Shown one piece after another: positions 51,483-62,000 of a stretch of DNA of 62,000 bases. The notes under the pieces are model-generated. The model was not told where the DNA came from and did no database searches. It saw nothing but the letters and a program-made list of their open reading frames with translations. Each line of letters opens with the position of its first letter. Position 1 is the first letter of the stretch. The translations under genes were made by a program, and so were the position numbers. This DNA is from Chiloscyllium plagiosum (taxonomy: Eukaryota). The stretch covers positions 84,797,012 to 84,859,011 of the forward strand of contig NC_057719.1 in NCBI RefSeq assembly GCF_004010195.1. Reading direction: 5' to 3'.

Positions 51483-52340
51483 ATGTGACTGGACCTTCCA
51501 AGTCCTATGTTGGAAGCAACTAACAGCAAACAAGTGTCCTCAGGTCAATCAGTAATGTTATATGTAGGCTCCTCATTATCCTGATTGTCGTAAGCAATTT
51601 GAACTTGGACAGCTTTCACCTTCAGGGAATAAAGCCATACTTAATCACTATCTGATTTTTTTTCAGGCAGATCTGATATTAAAATTGGGGCCATAGGGAG
51701 GATGATTTATTATGACCCCATGTTCATAATGTTTTGCTAAGATGAGTGGGCAGAGAACACAACATTGAATCGAGATTCATTACATGTTTGAAATAAATTA
51801 TTTCCAGATTTGCATGCTGCAGTTCCAGTGACAGCAATTTGAAACTATGCTGTCTGGATTACTTCTGTTGAGGTCATTGTAATAAACTGGAAACCTGTTG
51901 AACACAAACTGGCATTACATGCCATGTTACCTTTGAGTTCCGCACCTTTTTCGATGGAAAGTAACCTTTTGGCGATAAACCGTGCAACAACTGTAGCAAA
52001 TGGCTCACATCCCTTTCTGATAGAAGGTCGTTGAACCTATCTATCCTGCACAAGGTTTGTCAGATAGTATATTCCCTTTTTGGTTTTGTTTCTTTGGTTT
52101 GTTTTAAGTAACAAGAACTGTAGAGGGTATAGAAATATGTACACCTGGTGGATAAATGTTTTAAACTGAGTAATAGTTTGGCAGAAGAACTTATAATGCT
52201 TTTGTTTCTTTGTGCATCCTACACGTGGTGCCTGTTTTGCTTTTCTAAGCAAGGCTAATAAAAAAATCATTTTTGGTAATGATGGAAAACTTAAAATTCA
52301 TAAAAATAAACTATTTTGACACATTTCAATTAAATCTCTA
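51483..52340 (+). other. RAD51: Probable RAD51 3' UTR
   Basis: Repeat-free stretch after the stop with AATAAA hexamers at about 51628, 51792, 51881, 52257 and 52305. Confidence 0.6.
52305..52310 (+). promoter_or_regulatory. Candidate distal polyadenylation signal of RAD51
   Basis: AATAAA followed about 30-45 nt later by a T/GT-rich element (ttttgtttttttt, ~52343-52356). Confidence 0.5.
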
Positions 52341-52519
52341 CATTTTTGTTTTTTTTATTGTTAATGGGTGAGTATTATTAGCTAAATCAACATTAATATA
52401 TCAAATGTCCATTCAAATATGTTTCCTGGAGAGGAGAGGTCTTGTTTGGCAATTGGCATGCTCAGTTGGACAGCCAGCAATGCAAGTGTGCGCTCACAGA
52501 ACTTGAAGCCTGAAAGTTA

Positions 52520-52812
52520 TTGTGAAACTTGAAAGGGTTCAGAAAAGATTTAAAAGGATGTTGCCAGGGTTGGAGGATTTGAGATATAGGGAGAGGCCAA
52601 ACAGGCTGGGGCTGTTTTCCCTGGAGTGTCAGAGGCTGAGGGGTGACCTTATAGAGTTTTACAAACATTTGGATGGGTATATGAATAGGAAGGGTTTGGA
52701 GGGATATGGGCCGGGTGCTGGCAGGTGGGACTAGATTGGGTTGGGATATCTGGTCGGCATGGACGTGTTGGACCGAAGGGTCTGTTTCCATGCTGTACAT
52801 CTCTGTGATTCT
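52520..52812 (+). mobile_element. CR1 3' fragment with internal deletion
   Basis: KLERVQKRFKRMLPGL..RLRGDLIEFYK joined directly to HLDGYMNRKG. Confidence 0.9.
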
Positions 52813-52984
52813 TTAATAGGTTCAGCTGATCAATGCCATGCTTATGTATGCCTCGACTGTCCTCCTAGCTGTCTCCATTTAAAATTAGTAGCACATCCTT
52901 CTATTCCTTTCTCCCTTATGTTCATATCTGGCTTCTCTTTCAATCTATTTATGATGTAACTTGAGCATAATAGTCAAATACCAA

Positions 52985-53088
52985 TGATGGAGTGCTGTGT
53001 TGTTGCACTCTTGGGAAGATGTTAAAACAAGGCCTACTCTGCCTTCTCCGGTACTTGTTATTGGATCCCATGGCTCCTTTCTGAAGAA
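52985..53088 (+). mobile_element. Deu-domain SINE, 5' piece (continues at 55500-55620)
   Basis: ggagtgctgtgttgt...gatgttaaaacaaggcc...gatcccatggc...gaagaa. Confidence 0.55.
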
Positions 53089-53099
53089 CTCATGAATGT

Positions 53100-55500
53100 A
53101 GAAATAGGAGATTGAGCAAATGAACATGTGGCTGGAAAATTTGCTGAAGCAGACTTTAGATTTTCAGGCATTAGAATAGATCGGACGTGTGCTAAGGGGA
53201 CAGTTTATATCTTAGCAGTGCTGGGACAGATGTCCTGGTGGGGAGAATATAAGCCATATTGTCAGGGGGTTAGGAACCGAAGAGGGAAAAAAATGTTGTA
53301 AATTAAAGTGCAAAGGAGAAACATCTGAGAATCGATCAAGGGTAATTTACTGAAGAGAACGTTAAAAAGGCACAATTAAATCCTCTGTCTGAAAGCATAC
53401 AGTACTGTCAATGAGAGGTGAATTGATGGCACGAATGCCATTAGAGATGATCGAATCTGGGAAGTGAATGTTAAATGTGTTTAATATTTAGGATATAAAG
53501 GAAAAAGGTGCTGTGTGAATCCTATTGATGAAGGACAGGATCATTACATTAGAGGGAGAAGAACAGGATGCAGAATTTGAGTGGAACTAAAAATACAAGG
53601 TGCAGCAAGGGTCTTAAATTATCAGAGGCTAAGGGATCTATTACATGTACTTTAGAGGACAAAGTTTAATATTTTCCTGAGTGTCCAAAAGCACCCTAAA
53701 GTTTTGAAAGAAATATTGGTTGTGTTGTGATTGTTCAAAATTCTGTCACTTCTGCAGTTGGAAGCTTGCAAATGTAACTCCATCATTTAAGAAGGGAGGG
53801 GCATAGAGAACATAGAGCTGCAAACCAATTAGCCTGATGTCAGTAGTAGGGCAAATTTTAGAGAATCTATTATGAAGGTGTGATTACTGGCTATGTAGAA
53901 TGTAGTTGACTGAGTGGCCACAATCAAAATGGACTTATGAAGGTGAAATCGTGTCTCTTCAGAATGTTATTAGTAGAGTCTGTATTAGGGAACCAGTGTG
54001 AATGGCATGTTTTGATTTACAAAAGGCTTTTCGATAAAATTGCACATATGAGGTTAGTATGCAAAGTTAAAATGCATGGGATTGGAGTAATGTACAATCA
54101 TGGACCGAATAATGGTTAACAGGCATAAAGAGTGTAGATATAAATGGGTCATTCCCAGGTTGGCATGACTAATTGACCTGTACTTGGACCATAGCTATTC
54201 ATAATCTGTAAAAATTATGAAGCCAATTGCTTGATATCCAAGTCTGCAGATCATACAAAACCTGTTGGAAATGTGATTAGTTGTGAGAAGGATGCAGAAG
54301 GTTTCAAGGGGATTTAGTCAGGCTGAGCAAGATCATGGAATATCGATAAGTGTGCAGTTATCCCCTTTGGTAGAAGGAACAAAGGTGCGGAATATTTCTT
54401 AAATGGTGAGTGATTGGAAAGTTTTGTTGTCAAAAGGGTCCAGGTGTTCTTGTTTGTAAGTCACTGTCGCAAGCAATTGGGAAGTTGAATGGAATGTTAT
54501 CTTCAGAGGATTTGAGTACCAGAACAAAGAAATTTTAATTCATTTGTAAAGCACCCTGGTGAGACCACACCTGGAGTATTGTGTGTAGACCTAGTCCCAT
54601 TGCCTAAACTTGTCAAAGGGTAAGTGCAGTGAAGGTTAACAAGTGTGATTCCTGGGATGGTGGGACTGTCCTGTGAGGAGAGATTGTGACTGTATTCTCT
54701 GGAGTTTAGAGAATGAGAGATGATCTTATTGAAACTTATAAATTCTTAAATAGATAATCAATAGGTGCAGAATAAATGTCACCCTGGTTGTGGAGTCTAG
54801 AATAAAAGAATATTGGAATAAAAGGCAAGCTATTAGGAGTGAGACCAAATATATTTGCACAAAAGGGTAATTTATCTTTGGAATCCTCTACTCCAGAGAT
54901 CTGTGAAAGTTTAGACATTAACTAAGTTCAGAGGCAGAAATTGATTACAATTACTTAAGACGTCAAGGATTATTGGGAACACGCAAGAATACAGTGTTGA
55001 GGTAGATGGTCAGCTATGGTCTAGAACAGTGTTTCTCAACAGGGGCGGAAGCACCCCCTGAGGGGCGTATGGCTTCTTTTGGTGGGCATTGAAGTCAAAG
55101 GCGGCAAGGCGGCACTGAACGACTTTTGACAAAAATTGAACCAGATATTTATGATTTAGCAAGACAACATGAACCACAAGGATAGCATTGACTATTTTGC
55201 TATTACAGACTAAATTTTATACAGTAAGGCCAAAAGTAGGTGGACAGTAAGAACAGTAATAAATGATAACATTTATTTTTTGTTGTATATAAAACATATT
55301 TCACAAAAGTTTTCCATTTTCAGCATTGCAGTGCATTGCAGTTATATGTGCAAAAACAGACTTTGGTGATTTGGGGGCATTGCATGATTTCAAGGACAAG
55401 AAGGGGGCGTTGAATACAGAAAGGTTGAAAAACGCTGGTCTAGAATGATGGAACAGGATCAAACGATTGCATGGTGTACTCCTGTTTTTATGTTCCTGAG
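53100..55500 (+). mobile_element. Degenerate CR1 LINE interrupted by a hAT element
   Basis: NVTPSFKKG, AFDKI.H.RLVCKVK.HGI and LVRPHLEYCV remnants; tail gtactcctgtttttatgttcc at ~55480-55497. Confidence 0.7.
55027..55437 (+). mobile_element. Non-autonomous hAT (Charlie/Buster-type) DNA transposon, 411 bp
   Basis: TIRs CAGTGTTTCTCAAC / GTTGAAAAACGCTG; perfect 8-bp TSD GTCTAGAA (55019-55026, 55438-55445); internal transposase C-terminus remnant. Confidence 0.9.
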
Positions 55501-55620
55501 AGTGTAGAAATTTTTCCCAGTGAACTGCCAATATTTATCCTTCATACAACATCCGTGCAGGAGATCTGATCACTCACATTGCTCTGTATGGGAGTTTGTG
55601 TTTAAATTAGCTATCACCTT
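55500..55620 (+). mobile_element. Deu-domain SINE, 3' piece
   Basis: gccaatatttatcc...cacattgct...gggagtttg...aaattagct. Confidence 0.55.
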
Positions 55621-57650
55621 TCTTCTTTTTTTAATATATATTTATCAAAAAAAATTTACTCTCACAAAAGGAAAAATAATTATAAAAATACAGGAAAAAC
55701 AGAAATGATGTTACAGTGTTATACTACAGTAATGTTAACAATAAACTACCTACTACTCTACGGGATTCAATTGTCTCATTTTTACCTAACTTAACACAAA
55801 TTAAAATAAGTTTGAATTAAATGAAATAGACTTAAATTTCAATTAAATTAAATTACATTACATTATTGCACTTGCCGCACCTCCACCGAAGCTCCCGTCC
55901 ACTGGAGCAACAGTTGTTATACCTGTGTTTATTAGGTCTCCTCCCCCTGGGGTCCCTGGACCACCACATACACCCTCACGGCACTTTAAAGACTCTAATC
56001 AGTATCACTGATAGGTCCGTGTCTATGTAATTTAAAAAGGGCTGCCATGTCTTATAAAATTGTTCTGTTCCATCGCGCGCCATACTTGTCAGATAATCTT
56101 GGGGGTGTACTCCATCACAAGACTGTGCCACCCCACAAAATCTGGGGTTCCTTCTGATATCTAACTCATTAGGATGTTCTTCCTTGCACAATGTGTAAGA
56201 ATGCTAAATAACCTCTTCCCGTGCTCAGCCAGAGAGGGCAGATTCGGCAGTACCAAAAGAAGGGATACTGGATCTATCTTAACTTCAATTCCCAGGATCT
56301 CCTCCAGATCATTCACAATGGCACCCCTGTATCCACAAATCTTGTAGCAGGCCCAATAGCAATGTGTAAGGATGCTTGTGCTAATTCTACATTTTAGACA
56401 TCGTGGAGAAGATCCTTTCTTAAACTTTGCTAACCTCCCTGGTGCTGTGTATGGGCCCTGTGAAAGATCTTCATAGCTTGTGCTTTATTGCATATTGAGA
56501 TTTTCTTTACATTCTCCCATATCTTCCATGTTTCCAATGAAAATTCTTTCCCTAGCTTCTGATTCCAGATTCCATGGAGTCTCTCCATATCCCCCAAGGC
56601 GCTCCCTCTCTGCAAATGGTACTAACCGAGAGCACATCAGAGCACTCTTTTCTCCATGTCCGACTTGTAGGATTGTGCCAAGAGCGTGGTCGTCTTCTGT
56701 ATATAATCCCTAACCTGGAAATATCAGTAAAGGTCCCAATTAGGAATCTGGTATTCCTGACTAAGCTGGCTGAAAGACATAAAGACCTCTCCGTCAAATA
56801 AATCCCCCAAACAGGAGATTCCCTTACCCTCCCATGCTTTGAAGCTGGGGTCCATTGACCCCGGCCTAAATCCTGGGGCTCACACTAATGGGGCGAACGC
56901 TCAAGTCTTAAGCAGATTGCCCTTACCCTGTTTCATTATCCTCCATGCTTTCACCGTGTTTAAGATAATTGGGCTCTCACAACGCTCAGCCATGGATTGC
57001 ATCTTGTCCATAAACAGTAAATTGATGAGGGGACACCTCGCCTGCGAGGCCTCAACGTCAAGCAATATTGACCTTGAATCCTTATATACCCAGTATCTCC
57101 TCAGATCCACCCTGATTCCTCTTTCCCCACCCCCAATCCTGCAGAAGTTGCAGCTTGGTAAATTTAATTAGGGGGCACCTATGGCATTAAATAAAGGATC
57201 TAAGCCAACCCACTAAACCTCCGCAGCACTTGTCTGGGTAGCAACAATGGGAGCATCCTCGTAGGCTATATTAGCCAAGGAAGAACATTCATTTTAATCA
57301 GAACTATGTGGCCTAGCCATGATATTGGTAGCCCCTCCCACCATTGCAAGTCCTGATTTGTCCCCTCAAATAATTGCACAAAGTTAGCTCCGTACAGCTA
57401 ATAGAAGATGGGAGTAATAAAAATTCCCACATGGAGAAAACCTTTCTGCAACCACTGAAAAGGTGACTGGCACTTATACCAATCCTTTCACATGCATGAT
57501 TTCCAATTTTGTAAAATTTATCCTGTATCCCGAAAAACTACTGAATAATTTTTTGTATTGACCGGGGGACAGACTTTTCTGGATTAGCCAAAAACAAAAG
57601 GACATCATCTGCATAAAGAGTAATTTTATGTTCCCTAATTTTCACATTTC
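55620..57650 (-). mobile_element. 5'-truncated L1-clade LINE (ORF2 RT and C-terminal region), degenerate
   Basis: Minus-strand EHKITLYADDVLLFLANP (YADD at 57604-57615), SGYRINFTK and ILNTVKAW; A-rich tail at ~55620-55632. Confidence 0.85.
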
Positions 57651-59078
57651 TTCCTTTACCTCCTTAACTATCCTCAAGCGGCTCCGGTGTGAGAAAGCTT
57701 TATCTCACACTCAGTTGGGCACAGAGGCAATCTCTTCTGTGCTGGATCTCTGTGCATTATACAGGTTGAACAAAAAGATCCATTTCTATGCTGTATGACT
57801 AAGTACCATTGCCCTGCCTTTTCCTTATAACTCTGAATATTATTTCTCTTTAAGTAATCACTCTATTGCCCTCTTAAATTCCTCAGTTGAACCTGCCTCC
57901 ACGACAGGTGATGCATTCCAGACTTTCATTACTTGTGTGAAAAGGTTTCTTTTCTCCCATTGCATTTACTTCTTTTGGAAATTACCTTATATCTGCCATT
58001 TTATTAATCATTTTATTAGCAAGAGCAGTTTTTCCTTATTTACTCTGCCCAACCACCTCGTGATTTTGGAGACTTATCAAATCTCTTTGGTTCCAATTTC
58101 TCCAAACTATCTTAACTGAAATTTCACCCCTAAATATTCTGTTTTATAAAGGAAAGAACCCCAGGTTCTTGTTAAGGCTTTCTTAACAAGCGTAACCTCT
58201 CATTCTGGAATTAGTCTTGTGAAATCCAGAGTGGGGCACAATACTCTGTGTGGCTTAATCTCACTTTGATAGAGGTTTAACATCTTTAAGTCTGTATCTC
58301 CAGAAATAAACTACTTTGTTTTTTTTTGTGTAGTCTCATTTTGCCACTTGTATTGATTTCTTGACCCCTGCAGTGTCTGAAATCTTCTACCTCATCTGAA
58401 CTATTTTAACCATACCTGAGTTCCTTTAGACAAAATATAAAAAGAAATACATGGTATTGAGTGTATTTACATCATAATTTAGATTTATTTGGCTAAATTC
58501 ACTGATGCTTTTAATTTCAAGATCAAACAAAGTACTGTTACTATTATAAAAAGCTTTTGGTCCCCAATGGATGCTCTTTTATATTATTTGTGGAAAGGCT
58601 GCTGATCTTTGTTTCTTAATTTATAACTGACTTTCTGGTTGGGCACAAGTTGATGACTGTTAGATCTAAAATGTCCTGAGTTGCAATTTCCAGTGGCTAA
58701 ACAAAGTGTTGAACTACATTTTTAGCTTAATTAAGAAAATAGTTGTGAATTATCTATTGTCATATTGCCTAGTAAGTTTAAGGCACTAAAGTTTAAGGTT
58801 TATGTCGAACCTGTGTGATAAATAGCATCGGTGTTTTAAAAAAAATCCGGCCAAACTATTTACTTCTAAGTTTTTAAATACAAAAATACTCATAGTAGAC
58901 TGATTATAATACTTTTCACTTGATGTTTCTGATACTTGAATTTAAAAAGTTCTTCATTTTTATGCTGGAATGTTTTTGTCTATAAGTACTAATTGAATTG
59001 CTTTGCATTGTGTCTGTGTATTGCTGGATTTCTTTGTTCAGTTGTTATATGTCATTATTCTCCTAATTAAGCCTCACG

Positions 59079-59371
59079 TTTTTAAATTGAGAAAAAGGCT
59101 TTCACCACCTTAACTTAACACCTCTTTATCAATATGAGGCACTCCAGGGAAGTCGAGTGCATTTTTTTGCTGTTGAGCACTCCAATTTCGAGGAGAAAGT
59201 GAGGTCTGCAGATGCTGGAGATCAAAGTTGAAACTTTATTGCTGGAACAGCACAGCAGGTTTTTTAAATTGAGAAAAAGGCTTTCACCACCTTAACTTAA
59301 CACCTCTTTATCAATATGAGGCACTCCAGGGAAGTCGAGTGCATTTTTTTGCTGTTGAGCACTCCAATTTC
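59079..59371. repeat. 111-bp perfect direct duplication flanking a 71-bp PLE family A fragment (59190-59260)
   Basis: 59079-59189 equals 59261-59371; the insert begins GAGGAGAAAGTGAGGTCTGCAGATGCTGG. Confidence 0.95.
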
Positions 59372-60549
59372 ACCAACCATTTCCAGTTCTTCTAGGCTAT
59401 TATTAAGATGCCAGCTGATGAAACCTGGCTTGATGCATCATATTTTGATTTGAATAAAATGGTCTCTTGCTAAAACACAAACACACAATTTTGCTTTCAC
59501 AATAAGACAAGGTTATTTTGAAAGAAATTAAGATCAAATAGAACAAACTAACCATTTATTTAATATAAATCCAAAACTTTTACTGTATTTAAAAATCATA
59601 ATCCTATTAATCCCAAAATACTCTTATAAATTGAAAAGAGAGCACCTTTTGTATGTTATCCAAAACGCACAATTTGCAGTAACCAAAACTTGACTTGTAC
59701 AACACTCATGAGTTCCTATACCCAACTGGTAAGTTTAAGTCACTTGTTACTTCAGTGCTCAGATTGGAACTGTAGATAGTTTCTTCCTCGAACTAATATA
59801 CATCTACTTAAATATACTCAGTTTTAAATAAACTCTTCAAGGTTTTTCCACAACACTTCTGGCATGGGACTAAGACTTGCTCTTCTCTCTAAGGTAACTT
59901 AGTTCTTTGTATGTACTTCCCTTCTTGGGAGAACCGATCTATGCAGCTATCCTATTACAGGGACTTCACAGGACTGTCTCAGACTCCAAGTAAAAACTGA
60001 AAAAATACCTCAGTCCTTAAAAGGAACTTCCTTGGTTAAGATTTTGGTCATCTGCTATAAATATTTTGTGATCTGGTATCAAATTCTGTTAAATACTAGT
60101 ACTCCAAGGAAAATCGTGAAATGTTTGACGTTAAATACTGTATAAATATGTTTGACACTTGTATAATTTAAATAGGTTTTCCATAAATGAAGTGTCCTCA
60201 GTATAAGGCATTGAGAGTTTGATTGAAGGAATTGTCTTCAGTAACTTGTTAGTCGGCACAGTCACTGTGGCCTGAAGGGCCTATTTTTATACTGGATGGC
60301 TCTATGACTAACTTTTAAGTGTTTGCTGGTTTCGGAATGGCATTTCAGTGTGCCTTCTCAATTTTTGGGAAAATTGACGATAGAAGTAAATATTTAAGTA
60401 GGGACTCCTTGTCAGACTTGGTGTAGGTACTTCTGATTTATTTGTTTTAATGTGGAACGTCTAACATAATTGACAATTAACAGATTTCTTTAATCTTTGC
60501 ACATGGAATAATTCATTCTGAATTTACTGGTAGGCCATTGAAATATTTA

Positions 60550-60680
60550 GAAGAAAGTGAGGACTGCAGATGCTGGAGATCAGAACTGAAAATGTGTTGC
60601 TGGAAAAGCGCAGCAGGTCAGGCAGCATCCAAGAGCAGGGGAATCGACGTTTTGGGCATGAGCCCTTCATTCGGGCATGA
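60550..60680 (-). mobile_element. PLE family A terminal repeat (single arm)
   Basis: 16-bp TSD GCCATTGAAATATTTA (60534-60549, 60681-60696). Confidence 0.9.
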
Positions 60681-60715
60681 GCCATTGAAATATTTATAAA
60701 TGTTTTCAGTTTCTA

Positions 60716-61040
60716 GGGCGTCACGGTAGCTTAGTGGTTAGCACTGCTGCCTCAAAGTGCCAGGGACCCAGGTTCGATTCCAGCCACCGGCCTGTACAGA
60801 GTATGTACATTCTCCCCATGTCTGTGTGGGTTTCCTCCGGGTGCTCTGGTTTTCACCCACAATCCAAACGTGCAGGTTAGATGAATTGGCCATGCTAAAT
60901 TGTCCATTGTGTTCAGGATTTGTGGGTAAGGTGCATTAATCAGGAGTAAATGTAGCGTAATAGAATAGGGGAATGGTATGGGCGGGTTACCCTTCGGAGG
61001 ATCAGTGTGGATTTGTTGGGCCAAATTGCCTGTAGGGATT
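60716..61040 (+). mobile_element. HE1-like V-SINE, diverged
   Basis: tRNA head with ggttcgattcc B box and V-domain. Confidence 0.88.
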
Positions 61041-61451
61041 GTTGATGATTTCTATGAAAGAACATTATTATACCTGCTGATGGAAAATTACTGAAGAAAT
61101 TAAATGCTACCCAAACAAGACTCAGCATCCAGTTTATTGACAAATTTACTTCCTGCGTACAGTGGATGCAATCTTCAAGACACATTACAGCAACTTGTCA
61201 AGGCTCCTTTAATAGCATCTTTCAAATCTCTGACCTCTACCACTGAGAAGGAGAAGGGTAGCAGATGCAAGAGAGTACCATCACCTACAAGCTCCTCTCA
61301 TAACTTGGAACTATGTCACCATTCATTCCACTGTCACTAAATTAAAATCCTGGAATAATCTAATGGCCACTGAGTGGCAATGCAGAAAATGTTCACCAGT
61401 TTAATTTCTAGGATGGAAAGGGTGATTTATGAGGAAAGCTCGAGACTATGT

Positions 61452-62000
61452 AGGAGTAAATTACTGCAGATGCTGGAATCTGTACTGAAAACAAAAAAAT
61501 GCTGCAAATCACAGTGGGTCAGGCAACATTCATAGGCAGAGACAAGCTAGCATTTTGATGGCTTAATCAGAGCTGATGAGAGTGGAGGAGACAGCATTTA
61601 TGCAATAGTGGGGCAGTGGAGTGCTGGGGGAGAAAGGGAGTTGATAGTGCTGATTAAGTGATCGGGATGTGAGTTTGGCAGAACAATGGTGTGTCTAACT
61701 ACCCAATGAGAAAAAACAGATGGTCCCAGTGGAGTGGAGAGGATTTGGTGACAGCGGTACAAAAAGTAAAGCTAAAAGAAATGGGAGTGAGTTCACAATC
61801 TGAAGGTGTTGAACCCAATAATAAGTCCAGAAGATTGTAAAGTGCCGTGTCTGAAATTGAGATATTGGTCCTGCAGTTTGCGCTGTGCTTCACTGAAGCA
61901 TTGCAGCATGCAGACAGGATGCTGTGTTAAGATGACTAGCTCTGGGAAGGTCAGAGTCATGCTTGCACACAGTCTGAAAATAGTTACTCAAGCAGAAGGG
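61452..62000 (-). mobile_element. Penelope-like element 3' end: endonuclease C-terminus remnant plus terminal repeat
   Basis: Minus strand 61909-61793 encodes MLQCFSEAQRKLQDQYLNFRHGTLQSSGLIIGFNTFRL*, resembling the PLE GIY-YIG domain end, upstream of a ctgcagatgctgg-type repeat. Confidence 0.7.

Overview
This is eukaryotic (vertebrate) genomic DNA, most likely from a cartilaginous fish (shark), judged from HE1-type V-SINEs, SacSINE1/Deu-like SINEs and abundant CR1 LINEs. The window holds the 3' seven coding exons of RAD51 on the + strand (equivalent to human exons 4-10, 7507-51482). All have GT-AG sites and the human exon sizes 118/92/95/114/130/122/124 nt; the 5' exons lie upstream of the window. 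The introns and downstream flank are dominated by transposable elements: CR1, L1 and RTE LINE remnants, HE1 SINEs, Tigger-like and hAT MITEs, a solo LTR, and a processed RBPMS2 pseudogene. The most striking unexplained structure is a dense set (more than 12 copies, several families) of short, often palindromic Penelope-like terminal repeats. These carry minimal hammerhead-ribozyme cores (CUGANGA...GAAA) and several have clear target-site duplications. Also notable are an HE1 SINE copy that shares 44 bp of flank with a copy 16 kb away, a 111-bp duplication around a 71-bp insertion, and a locally templated inverted insertion. Almost all ORFs in the supplied track are spurious or TE fragments. 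All calls were made by eye; repeat boundaries are approximate unless TSDs are cited.
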